Positions 31,064-40,526 of a stretch of 64,000 bases of DNA are shown here, piece after piece. Each line of letters opens with the position of its first letter. Within the stretch, counting starts at the first letter, position 1. This stretch comes from Polyangiales bacterium (GTDB lineage Bacteria > Myxococcota_A > Polyangia > Polyangiales > JADJQN01), in the NCBI GenBank assembly GCA_964202905.1, contig CAXNJO010000002.1, forward strand, positions 288,001-352,000, written 5' to 3'. The notes under the pieces are model-generated. The model was not told where the DNA came from. It ran no database searches and saw nothing but the letters and a program-made list of their open reading frames with translations. A program made the position numbers and the translations under genes.

Positions 31064-31932
31064 GCCTTGCCGCCCTCGGGAGCACGCCGCGCCGCGCGCA
31101 TGAAGCGTCACGCGGCGCGTTCGGCATCGGACTCTGCCTCGTGCCCTTCGCCCCGGCGGCCCTGCTCGCGACGGCGCTCCTGCTCGCGGCCGTGCCCGCG
31201 CAGGCCGACTCGCAGCGCGCGCTCTTCGAGCGCGGCAACGCGGCGTACGCACGCGGTGATTACGAGGCAGCGGCCCGCGCGTACGAGCAGCTCGTGGCGT
31301 CGGGCGTGGACGACGCCGACGTCTATTACGACCTCGGGCTCAGCCACGCGAAGCAGGGCGCGCACGGGCGCGCGATCCACGCCTTCGAGGGCGCGCTCGC
31401 GGTCGCCCCAGGAGACGACGCGATCGAGGCCGCGGTCACCGCGAGCCAGGCCGCGCTCGGGCGCCGTCGCGCGGCGGCGAGCGGCGAGGCGACGGTGCAG
31501 ACGCGCCCGCCCTTCCGCGAGGCCGCGGTGCGCGGGCTGCACGTCGACACGCTCGCGCTGCTCACGCTCGCGCTCTGCGCGCTCTTCTTCGGCGCGCTCG
31601 GCGCGCTCCGCGTCACGCGCGGCGAGTTGGCCCGGCTCGCCTTGTGGATCGCGGCGCCGCTCCTCGGCCTCGGCCTCGCCGCAGCGGGGCTCGCGCTCGG
31701 CCAGAAGCTCGACGCCTTCGACGCGGGCGACGCCGCCATCGCGCTCGGGGACGCGCTGCCGCTGCGCGAGGCCCCCGACCCGCGCGCGGCGCCCCGCGGC
31801 ATGCTCCACGAGGGAGAGCGCGTCCGGATCGTGGCGCGGGACCGGGGTTGGGCACACGTACGCGTCTCGCCCTCGCGCGAGGGATGGCTGACGAGCGACG
31901 CGCTCGGAATTCTCGCGCACGACGGACGTTGA
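31060..31932 (+). CDS. batE: BatE-like TPR + TM + SH3b protein
   Basis: FERGNAAYARGDYEAAARAYE, YYDLG, two TMs, LHEGERVRIV...WAHVR...EGWL. Confidence 0.87.
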   Translation: MSLAALGSTPRRAHEASRGAFGIGLCLVPFAPAALLATALLLAAVPAQADSQRALFERGNAAYARGDYEAAARAYEQLVASGVDDADVYYDLGLSHAKQGAHGRAIHAFEGALAVAPGDDAIEAAVTASQAALGRRRAAASGEATVQTRPPFREAAVRGLHVDTLALLTLALCALFFGALGALRVTRGELARLALWIAAPLLGLGLAAAGLALGQKLDAFDAGDAAIALGDALPLREAPDPRAAPRGMLHEGERVRIVARDRGWAHVRVSPSREGWLTSDALGILAHDGR

Positions 31933-32005
31933 CACCGAGCCACCCTGCTGACGTAGATTGTCACCCCGCTCGGCGGCAGGCGCCGAGCAACAAGGATCCA
32001 AACGG

Positions 32006-32386
32006 ATGACGGCCTCCCGCACTGTCCTCGTCGCCGACGACGACATCGACATTCTCTCGCTGGTCACGCGGCACCTGCGCACGCTCGACGTGAATGTGCT
32101 CGAGGCGTCCGACGGCGAGGAGGCGCTACGCATCGCGCGGCGCGCGCAGCCGGATCTCGTCATCCTCGACGTGATGATGCCCGGCATGAGCGGCTGGGAG
32201 GTTTGTCGCGCGATCCGCGACGACGACGCCCTCTCGGACACCCTCGTGATGATGGTCACCGGCATCGGCGAGCGCCTCAACGAGATGACCTCACCGCTCT
32301 ACGGCGCGAACGAGTTCATCGACAAGCCCTTCGACCTCGCGGACCTTGACGCCAAGGTTCGAAAGCTGCTCGCCAGCCTCGGCTGA
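32006..32386 (+). CDS. Single-domain response regulator (receiver only)
   Basis: VLVADDD, PDLVILDVMMPGMSGWEVC, MVTG, FIDKPF. Confidence 0.93.
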   Translation: MTASRTVLVADDDIDILSLVTRHLRTLDVNVLEASDGEEALRIARRAQPDLVILDVMMPGMSGWEVCRAIRDDDALSDTLVMMVTGIGERLNEMTSPLYGANEFIDKPFDLADLDAKVRKLLASLG

Positions 32387-32528
32387 GCGGGACCCCCGCG
32401 GCGCCCACCGGCCCCGTGCGTGGCGTGGCGTGGTGCGGCTCCGGCGCCCAGCGCTCCACCGCGGGCGTCGTGGCCCTGGGGCCGCACAACCCTGTCCGAC
32501 GCCGGTCCGCCGTGGGCGAGACCCCGCG

Positions 32529-34631
32529 CTATTCGTCTTCGTCGACGATGACGGGAGCCCGGCGCGGCGACGCGGAGGTCGGGGTTGCGGCCGGTCCCGG
32601 GGCGCGGTTGAGCGTCTGCATCCGCGTGTAGGCGCGCTGGTAGGTCGGGCTCGACTGGGGCACGAGGGCGAGCACGTCGCGGTAGAGCCCCTGCGCCTGC
32701 GTGCGGTTCGTGCGCTCGGCGGCCTGCGCCTGCGTGAGCATCTCACCTGCCTTCGTCTCGCAGCGCCGGACGAGGTCGCGCGCGCGGGAGTTGCGGGCGT
32801 CGAGGTCGGTCACCTGCCGGACCTTCAAGCAGGCCTCGGGGATGCGGCCGCGCGCCCACGCGTCGTTCGCGCCGCCAACGAGCGCGTCCACGAGGCGGGG
32901 CCTGAGCGCGCGGGCGTACGCTTGGCCGCCGCTGATCTGCTCGTCGAGCGAGATCGCGCTCTGCACCTGCCGGAGCACGCTGCCAAGGTTCGAGCCCGCG
33001 CTACGTACACGCCCGTAATCACGGGCGAATCGATCGATCTGGTCGGCCAGCGAGGTGAAACGCCGCGCGTCGGCGCCCGTCGCGGTTCGCGCACCATCCC
33101 GGGCGAGGCGCGCAGCGCCGGCGAAGTCGCCCGAGCGGTACGCGGCGAGCGCGCGGTCCGTGCCGCCCGTACTGCGCGAGGCGGGCGCGGGGGCTGCGCG
33201 GCTCGGCGGCGCGGCGCGGGCGCGGCGCGGCAGCCGCGCGGGGGCCGATGCGCGCGGCGCGCGCGCGGGGCGCGGGGCCGCGGCGGGCACAGGAACGACA
33301 GCGGCCACGGCCGGCGCCGCGACGACCGCCGGCGCCGCGACGACGGCAGGCGGCGGTGGGACGAGGGCCACGGTCGCCGACGCTGTTGCGCCCGCCGCGA
33401 GGCCCAACTCGACGCGGGCCTGCACGACGACGGCGCTCGCCGGCGCGAAACCGGTCGCCTCCATGAGGCGCGCAGCCGCCTCGTCGCGACGCCCGGCGGC
33501 CGCGGCCGCGCGCGCCTCGCCGACGAGGGTCACGGCGACCCGCTCGCCCGCTGCCGCACGGAGGCTCGCGACGTCCGCGGCGAGCGGGCTGGCGGGCGGC
33601 ACCGACGCGAGCTGGCCAAGCGCGGTGCGCGCGTCGCCGGCCGCGTACGAAGCGCGCGCCGCCGTGAGCTGCTGGTCGTGGGCGCGCGCCTCCTGGATGC
33701 GCTGCACGTATGTCGCAGCGCGGGCGTCGGCGGGCTGCGCAGCGAGGATCGTGCGGAAGGCAACGTCGGCCTCGTCCCAGCGGCGCGCGGCGTACGCGTC
33801 GGCGCCCCGGGCGTAGAGCGCGGGGTCGAGCGGCGCGGCCCCGGGCGCTTCGGGGTCCATCATCACGACCGCGAGCGCGGCGCCGGCGCCGACCAACACG
33901 AGGGCGCCGAACACCCCGAGGAACACGAGCGCCCCTCGCCCGACGCCCCGGGGCGCGGGGCGCGCGACGGCCGTCGGCGTGGGCGCGTAGCCCGGGCCCG
34001 GTGTCGGCTGCGCGCCGGGAGCACCGGCGGGCGGCTCAGCCGGCTGCGGCCACGCAGGGAGCAGAGGCGCACCGGGCCTCGTGGGCGCGGAGGGTGCGGC
34101 GGATCGCGCCGGAGGCGGGGCGAAGGCACCGCCGGCGGCAGGGCGTCCCGGGAGACCGTCCGACTCACCGGGACGCAGCGCGGCGCGCGGCGCAGGCGCG
34201 ACCGGACGCGCGTCCGCACCGCCCGGGAGCCGCACGACGAGGACCGTCTCGCCGAGCTCGATGCGATCGCCGTGCGCGAGCGGTGAGTCGTGCACCCGCG
34301 CGCCGTTCAGCAAGGTGCCGTTGCCGCTGCCGAGGTCGCGCAGGCGGAGCTGGCCGGCCGCATCCCGCAGCACCTTGAGATGCTTCCGAGAGACGGAGAT
34401 GTCGGTGAGGATGACCTCGTTGTCGATGGAGCGGCCGATGCCGTTTTCCCCAACGATCACGACGTATTCCTTGCCCGTGTCCTTGCCCGACTCGCAGAAG
34501 AGCGTCGGCTTCGGCGGCTCCTCTTCGAGACGGCTCGTCGGCTGCTCGGCAAGCATCGCCGCGGGCTCGAGGCGCGTGACCTCCCCGGGGATCTCGTCGT
34601 CCTCGAACCGCTCGAACGCGTCTCCGGCCAC
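32529..34631 (-). CDS. FHA-domain membrane protein with Pro-rich linkers and TPR-like extracytoplasmic region
   Basis: IGRSIDNEVILTDISVSRKH...LRDLGSGNGTLLNG...GDRIELGET; single TM; helical Ala-rich repeats. Confidence 0.87.
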   Translation of the reverse strand: MAGDAFERFEDDEIPGEVTRLEPAAMLAEQPTSRLEEEPPKPTLFCESGKDTGKEYVVIVGENGIGRSIDNEVILTDISVSRKHLKVLRDAAGQLRLRDLGSGNGTLLNGARVHDSPLAHGDRIELGETVLVVRLPGGADARPVAPAPRAALRPGESDGLPGRPAAGGAFAPPPARSAAPSAPTRPGAPLLPAWPQPAEPPAGAPGAQPTPGPGYAPTPTAVARPAPRGVGRGALVFLGVFGALVLVGAGAALAVVMMDPEAPGAAPLDPALYARGADAYAARRWDEADVAFRTILAAQPADARAATYVQRIQEARAHDQQLTAARASYAAGDARTALGQLASVPPASPLAADVASLRAAAGERVAVTLVGEARAAAAAGRRDEAAARLMEATGFAPASAVVVQARVELGLAAGATASATVALVPPPPAVVAAPAVVAAPAVAAVVPVPAAAPRPARAPRASAPARLPRRARAAPPSRAAPAPASRSTGGTDRALAAYRSGDFAGAARLARDGARTATGADARRFTSLADQIDRFARDYGRVRSAGSNLGSVLRQVQSAISLDEQISGGQAYARALRPRLVDALVGGANDAWARGRIPEACLKVRQVTDLDARNSRARDLVRRCETKAGEMLTQAQAAERTNRTQAQGLYRDVLALVPQSSPTYQRAYTRMQTLNRAPGPAATPTSASPRRAPVIVDEDE

Positions 34632-34795
34632 TGCGGCGCCTCGTTGCTAAATGCCTGCCGACCCCTGCGGTGAGTCGACGCGGCAGCCTAGCGGAGCCTT
34701 GGGTGCGTCACAAGGAAACTCGTGGTTTCACGGGGTCTTGCGCCGCGCTGCACGCTTGATGTGGCGACACCTGCGTGCTAGCAGCGAGGTCGCCC

Positions 34796-35942
34796 ATGAC
34801 CCCCTCCGCCCCCTCCCGGTCCGCGGGCGCCCGCGCGCGTCGGCTCCGCACCTCTCTCCCGCTCGCCCTGCTCTGTTCGGCGCTCGTGTCGTTTGGCGCG
34901 GCCCTCGGCGCGTCGGCGGGCTGCTCGGGGTCGAAGGCCGCGCCAGACGCGGGGGCGACGGCCGCCACGGGCGCCGGCGAGCGCGTGCACGGCCTCACGA
35001 AGGCGCAGCAGGCCGAGACGCTCGTGAAGATCGGCGACGAGACGATCACCGTGGGCGAGTTCGCCGCACGGCTCTCCGAGCAGTCGCCGTACCTGCGGGC
35101 GCGCTACAGCAGCCCCGAGCGGCGCCGCGAGTTCCTCGACAACATGGTGCGCTTCGAATTGCTCGCGCAGGAGGCCCACACGAAGGGCTACGACCGCAGC
35201 GACGACGTCGAGCGGACGCGCAAGCAGATGATGATCCAGGCCATGATGAAGGCCGAGTTCGAGGACCGCGTCCAGCTCACCGACATCACGGACGCCGAGG
35301 TCCAGACGTACTTCGCGGGCCACCGCGACGAGTTCGACAAGCCCGAGCAGGTCCGCGCGAGCCACATCGTCCTCCGCGACCGCGCCGCCGCGCAGCGCGT
35401 GCTGACGCAGGTCCTCGCGAAGCGCGCCGACATCGCGTTCTGGCGCCAGACCGCCGAGCGCTACAACGAGGACACGGAGACCAAAGATCGGTTCGGCGAT
35501 CTGCGCTTCTTCTCGCGCCCCGCGCAGCGCCGCGAGGACGAGCCCATCGTGCCCGCGCCGGTCGCCGAGGCGGCCTTCGCGCTCGCGCAGGTCGGCGACG
35601 TCCACCCGACGCTCATCCAGTCGCCCGCGGGTTTCCACATCCTCAAGCTCACGGGCAAGCGGGCCGCGCTCCACCGCACCCTCGAGGAGGCGAGCCGCCC
35701 CATCCGCAACCGCCTCTGGCGCGAGCGCCGCGAGCAGCGCGTGACGGACTTCATCGCCGGCCTGCGGCGCGCGGCGAACGTCACCGTGGACGAGGCCGCG
35801 CTCGCCACGCTCCGCGTCGACATCCCGGAGGGCGACGTCCCGGAGCTCGCGGCTCGAGGCCAAGCGCGCCCGCACCGGCCGCCCGGGGGCAGCGCCGGCG
35901 CAGACCCCGGCGGCCCCGGCGCCCGCGCAGCCGCGTCGATGA
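34796..35942 (+). CDS. PpiC/PrsA-like peptidyl-prolyl isomerase lipoprotein; apparent +1 frameshift at ~35851
   Basis: Lipobox ASAG-C; PEQVRASHIV, GDLRFF, EAAFAL, GFHILKL; the shifted frame gives LEAKRAR...QPRR* with TGA overlapping the next ATG. Confidence 0.83.
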
Positions 35943-36916
35943 AGCGCCCCGCCCTCCGCGCGCTCGCGCTCGCCGCGGCGCTCGCGACGTCCGCGCCGCT
36001 CGGCGCGCCGCGTGTGCGGGCCGACGTCGTTGAGCGCGTGGTCGCGATCGTCGACGACGATGCCATCTTCCTCTCGGAGTTGCGCCGCCGCGCCGTCCCC
36101 TTTCTCGCGCAGCTCGAGCGCGTCCCGCCGTTGCAGCGCGAGGCCGCCGTCACGCAGCTCTACGGCGAGCTGCTCGACCACCTGATCGACGAGGCGCTCA
36201 TCCTGCAAGCGGCGCGCAAAGAGCAGATCCGCGTCACCGCCGACGACGTCGAGCGCGCCATCTCGAACGTGCGGCGGCAGAGCGAGCTCTCCGACCGCGA
36301 GTTCTGGCAGGCGGTCGCCGGCCAGGGCTTCACCGAGGCCCAGTACCGCGACGACGTGCGCCGCCAGCTCCTGCGCCTGAAGCTCCTCAACGTGCGCGCC
36401 CGCGGCCGCGTGAACATCACCGAGGCGGACGTCCGCACCCGCTACGATCAGCTCGTCCGCGAGGCGAACGCGCAGCAGGGCTTCGAGGCCGCGGAGATCC
36501 TCGTCCCCGTGCCGCCGGGTGCGAGCGCCACGCAGATCGCCGCCGCACGCGCCGAGGCCGCGCGGATCGCCGGATCGCTCGACGAGGACACGTTCGAGGA
36601 CGCGATGGCGGAGTACGGTGGGACCGACCTCGGGCGCCTCGTGCAGGGGCAGCTCGACCCGCGCCTCGAGCGCGCGCTGCTCGCGATGGCGCCCGGCGAG
36701 GTGTCCGAGCCCGTGCAGAACGAGGCCGGGTTCCACATCCTCTTCCTCCGTTCGCGCGTGTCGGGCGCGCAGCAGATCCCGCCCTACGAGCAGGCGCGCG
36801 AGCCGCTCTACCGCCGCATGATGGAAGAGCAGATGGGCCGGCAGGAGCAGCTCTACCTGCGCGAGCTGCGCCGGGCCGCGGCCATCACGCGGCGCGTCGG
36901 TCCGAGCGCGGGCTGA
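35939..36916 (+). CDS. surA: SurA-like chaperone / PPIase
   Basis: Own signal peptide MKRPALRALALAAALATS...VRA-DVVERVVAIVDDDAIFLSEL; LIDEALILQ; GTDLG...GEVSEPV...GFHI. Confidence 0.85.
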   Translation: MKRPALRALALAAALATSAPLGAPRVRADVVERVVAIVDDDAIFLSELRRRAVPFLAQLERVPPLQREAAVTQLYGELLDHLIDEALILQAARKEQIRVTADDVERAISNVRRQSELSDREFWQAVAGQGFTEAQYRDDVRRQLLRLKLLNVRARGRVNITEADVRTRYDQLVREANAQQGFEAAEILVPVPPGASATQIAAARAEAARIAGSLDEDTFEDAMAEYGGTDLGRLVQGQLDPRLERALLAMAPGEVSEPVQNEAGFHILFLRSRVSGAQQIPPYEQAREPLYRRMMEEQMGRQEQLYLRELRRAAAITRRVGPSAG

Positions 36917-36930
36917 GGCCCCCCGCTCGG

Positions 36931-37020
36931 CGGGCCGCAGTCGGCGGGCCGCAGTCGATGGGGCGCCGTCGACGGGTTGCAGTCGACGGGTTGCAGTCGA
37001 CGGGTTGCAGTCGACGGGCC
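36931..37020. repeat. Intergenic 14-bp tandem repeat, 6 units plus a partial
   Basis: cgggccgcagtcgg, cgggccgcagtcga, tggggcgccgtcga, cgggttgcagtcga x3, cgggcc. Confidence 0.88.
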
Positions 37021-37026
37021 GTGCGC

Positions 37027-37773
37027 TCACGACATCGCGACGCCGAGGAGCTGCTGCAGAACGACCGCGAGCGCGTGGACCTGGTGGGTGTCCGCGAGGC
37101 GCACGCGGAAGATGCCGAGCGCGGCCGATCCCGCCTCGCCGCTGCGGATCTCGAGCAACCCGCGCGTGATGCGGACGGTGCGGATCTCGGACGCATCGAG
37201 GCGCGCGCGGCGCCCCCCCGCCTCGAGCTCGAGAAAGCCCGGCCCGACCTCGACGACCTCGCGCGGACCGAGGACGAAGCGCACGCGGCCACGCGCCGTG
37301 AGCTCGGCGTCGTAGCGCGCGACGACGTGCTCGCTGTAGGCCCGCTCCGCAGCGTCGCCGAACGTGGCGACGACGCTCGTTCCGTCGGGATCGGCGGGCG
37401 CGTCGATGACGAAGCGATCGCGCCCTTGCACGTCGCAGAAGACGTGGCGGACGGCGCCCGTGCCGTGTGTCCACCCCGTCGGCCGTGCGCCGCGCGTGAC
37501 GCGGAGCTCTCCGACGTCCGAAAAGCGCACGACCTCGTCGACGACCGCGCCCCCGCGCAGCGTATGCCGCGACACGCCCCCGGCGCCCACATACGAGTTC
37601 GTGTGTTGCAGCGACGAGACCCAGCGCGAGCCGAGCCGCGCGAGGCCGTCGGGGAGCGGCCCGCGCAGGCTGCTCGCGCGCGAGCGGAGCGCGCCGAGCG
37701 CGTCGGGCGGCGCCGCGAAGAAGCGCGCCTCCGGATCGACGGGTGTGCCGTCGTGGTGCGGGACGGCGTCCAT
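37027..37773 (-). CDS. Hypothetical protein
   Basis: 248-aa ORF with GC3-biased codons, 3 nt after the ABC1 kinase stop. Confidence 0.65.
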   Translation of the reverse strand: MDAVPHHDGTPVDPEARFFAAPPDALGALRSRASSLRGPLPDGLARLGSRWVSSLQHTNSYVGAGGVSRHTLRGGAVVDEVVRFSDVGELRVTRGARPTGWTHGTGAVRHVFCDVQGRDRFVIDAPADPDGTSVVATFGDAAERAYSEHVVARYDAELTARGRVRFVLGPREVVEVGPGFLELEAGGRRARLDASEIRTVRITRGLLEIRSGEAGSAALGIFRVRLADTHQVHALAVVLQQLLGVAMS

Positions 37774-37776
37774 CGC

Positions 37777-39144
37777 TCAGTCGTAGGGCGTGAACGGGAC
37801 GGCGCGCCCGCGCCAGCCCTGCGCCGTGTAGCCGCGCACGAGCGCGCGGAACGGCAGACGCGCCCGCGCACGCGAGTAGTACTCGTAGTGCCCGAGCACG
37901 ACGCGCGTCAGGAAGAGGAAGTCGCGGTGTTGCGGCGGCAGACGGCGCCGGGCGACGAAGTGGCGCGCGAGCGCGCGCGCGCCATCCACGTAGCGGTAGC
38001 CGCCGAAGTCGAACTCTTCCTCGTCGAGGCCGACCGCGAAGTAGCCCGAGAGCCGCTCGAGGTCGTCGACCTGCGCGTCGTCGGCGGCGTCGTCGACGAG
38101 CCCGAGGTGCGCGAGCGCGACGCGCACGCCGTCGCGGTCGCCGTCTTCGCGCGCGCGGTGAAGCGCCGAGAAGCCCCGCATGAAGGCCTCGTCGAAGATC
38201 TTCACGCAGCCGTGGTCGAGCAGGCCGATGCGTCCGTCCTCGAGCACGCGGAAGTTGCCGGGGTGCGGGTCCGCGTGGAGCACGCCCTGTTGGTAGAACT
38301 GGCGCCAGAACAGGTGCAGCAGGCCCCCGGCCACCGCGCGGCGCCGCGCCTCGTCGCCGTCGTCGAGCGCCTCCTCGAGCGCTGCGCCGCCGACCCAGTC
38401 GTACGTGATCACGCGCAGGCCCGAGAAGGCGTCGTGCACGCGCGGCACGAGCACGCGCGGGTCGCCTTCGAAGAGTTTGCGGAGCAGCTTCGCGTTCCAC
38501 GCCTCGCGGCAGTAGTCCGTCTCCTGCCGCAGGTGCGCGACGAGCTCCTCGGCCATCGGCGTCACGTCGAAGCCCTGCTGCCGCGCGAGGTCCGCGAGGA
38601 GCGTCTTCACGGCGCCCGCCGCGAGCGCGATGTTCTGCGCGTCGGCCTCGACGCTCGCCGCGGCGCCCGGGTACTGCACCTTCACGGCGACCTCGCCGCC
38701 GCCGTGCTCCGGACGCAGGCGCGCGCGGTGGACCTGACCGAGGGAGGCGGCAGCGACGGCGGTCTCGGAGAAGTCGGCGAAGAGACGCTCGGGGGGCGCG
38801 CCGAGCTCGGCCTCGAGCACGCCGCGGATCGCCGCGAAGGGCAGCGCCGGCACCGATTGTTGCAGCGGCGCGAGCAGCGCGGCGTACTCGGGCGGGAGCG
38901 CCTGCGCGTGCGTCGAGAGGAGTTGGCCGAGCTTCATCATCGGGCCGCGCAGCTCACGCAGCGTCGCGGCGACGCGCGCCGCGTTGTCGGCATGCCGCGC
39001 GTCGCGCGCGTCCCCCCGCGCCGTCGCGCTCCGCAGCGCGTCGGCCACGCGCCCGCCCGCGTAGCTCGCGCCGAGGCGCCCGGTGAGCCAGGTGGTCTTC
39101 AGCGTCCGCGCGAGGCGTCCGGGTAAGCGCTCGTCGGCCGGCAT
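37777..39144 (-). CDS. ABC1/AarF/UbiB atypical kinase
   Basis: [50 protein letters not shown]. Confidence 0.94.
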   Translation of the reverse strand: MPADERLPGRLARTLKTTWLTGRLGASYAGGRVADALRSATARGDARDARHADNAARVAATLRELRGPMMKLGQLLSTHAQALPPEYAALLAPLQQSVPALPFAAIRGVLEAELGAPPERLFADFSETAVAAASLGQVHRARLRPEHGGGEVAVKVQYPGAAASVEADAQNIALAAGAVKTLLADLARQQGFDVTPMAEELVAHLRQETDYCREAWNAKLLRKLFEGDPRVLVPRVHDAFSGLRVITYDWVGGAALEEALDDGDEARRRAVAGGLLHLFWRQFYQQGVLHADPHPGNFRVLEDGRIGLLDHGCVKIFDEAFMRGFSALHRAREDGDRDGVRVALAHLGLVDDAADDAQVDDLERLSGYFAVGLDEEEFDFGGYRYVDGARALARHFVARRRLPPQHRDFLFLTRVVLGHYEYYSRARARLPFRALVRGYTAQGWRGRAVPFTPYD

Positions 39145-39259
39145 CGAGGAGCGCCAGCGTAGCAGGCGCGTCGATCGTCGCGCGCGCCCGGGCGACACGC
39201 GGTTTTCGCTTGCGTGTCGGGTTGTCCGGCGCATGGATCGTCCCCCCGGAGGCGACCCG

Positions 39260-40498
39260 ATGAACGACCAGCACCGCAGCGACGACGACGAGAAGAGCTC
39301 CTTCCTCAGCGGCCACCGGATCGCCCCTGCGGGCGTCACGCCCGGCATGACGGTCGCCGACCTCATCGATCACGCGTTCCTCGCCTACAACGGCGCCCGC
39401 CTGCGCGAGGCCGCGCGCCTCCTCGCGACGCGCGTGCTCCAGCCCGAGGTGACCGTCGGCATGACGCTCACCGGCGCGCTCACGCCCGCCGGGCTCGGCC
39501 GCTCCTGCATCATCCCGCTCATCGAAGCGGGCTTCGTCGACTGGTTCGTGTCGACGGGCGCAAACCTCTACCACGACACGCACTTCGCGCTCGATCTCGC
39601 GCTGCACCAGGGCTCGGCGACGATCCCCGACGCGACGCTGCGGGACGAGGGCGTCGTGCGCATCTACGACATCCTCTTCGACTACTCGGTGCTGCTCGAC
39701 ACCGACGCCTTCTACCGCGAGCTGATGCGCGCCGAGGACTTCCAGCGCCCGCTCTCGACCGCGCGCTTCCACCACCTCGTCGGCCGCGCGCTGCACGAGC
39801 GCGAGCAGGCGCTCGGCCTCGGCACGGTGTCGATCCTCAGCGCCGCGTACCAGCACGGCGTGCCCATCTACACGTCATCGCCCGGCGACTCGTCGATCGG
39901 CATGAACGTCGCGGCCCTCGCGCTCGAAGGCGGCAAGCTCACCTTCGACGTGAACGCAGACGTCAACGAGACGGCCGCGATCGTCCTCGACGCGAAGCTG
40001 AACGGCGGCGCGAGCGCGGTCTGGATCATGGGCGGCGGCAGCCCGAAGAACTTCATCCTGCAGACGGAGCCGCAGATCCAGGAAGTGCTCGGCATCGACG
40101 AGCGCGGCCACGACTACTTCCTGCAGGTGACGGATGCGCGCCCCGACACGGGCGGGCTCTCGGGCGCGACGCCGGGCGAAGCGGTGAGCTGGGGCAAGAT
40201 CGATCCGGACCGCCTGCCCGACGCGGTCGTCGCCTACGTCGACAGCACCGTCGCGCTGCCGCTGCTCACGGCGTACACGCTCACGCGCGTCGCGCCACGC
40301 CCGCACAAGCGCCTCTTCGATCGCCTCGACGCCATCCTCGGACAGTTGCGCGACGAGTACGCGCGCCGCGGGCGGCTGAGCGGCGCGCCGACGACCGCGC
40401 GCGACATCGCGAAGCGCGGCAGCAGCGTGGGGCTCCCGCCGCGCGAGCCGGCCGCGGGCGGCGACACCTTCCCCTGCGGCACGCCGAAGAAGCCCTGA
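39260..40498 (+). CDS. Deoxyhypusine synthase-like protein (probable homospermidine biosynthesis, SpeY-like)
   Basis: [46 protein letters not shown] (catalytic Lys); GGAGG SD. Confidence 0.92.
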   Translation: MNDQHRSDDDEKSSFLSGHRIAPAGVTPGMTVADLIDHAFLAYNGARLREAARLLATRVLQPEVTVGMTLTGALTPAGLGRSCIIPLIEAGFVDWFVSTGANLYHDTHFALDLALHQGSATIPDATLRDEGVVRIYDILFDYSVLLDTDAFYRELMRAEDFQRPLSTARFHHLVGRALHEREQALGLGTVSILSAAYQHGVPIYTSSPGDSSIGMNVAALALEGGKLTFDVNADVNETAAIVLDAKLNGGASAVWIMGGGSPKNFILQTEPQIQEVLGIDERGHDYFLQVTDARPDTGGLSGATPGEAVSWGKIDPDRLPDAVVAYVDSTVALPLLTAYTLTRVAPRPHKRLFDRLDAILGQLRDEYARRGRLSGAPTTARDIAKRGSSVGLPPREPAAGGDTFPCGTPKKP

Positions 40499-40526
40499 CG
40501 CACGGGGCGCGAGCGCCGCGCCCCGT

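Noticed and set aside
34775..36916. 713-aa double PPIase/SurA fusion in the ORF track
   Set aside because: There is an internal signal peptide at 35939, and a better-coded alternative frame ends in a TGA overlapping that ATG; one extra base at ~35851 explains the fusion
36931..37020. Possible CRISPR array
   Set aside because: 14-bp units are contiguous with no spacers, and there are no cas genes
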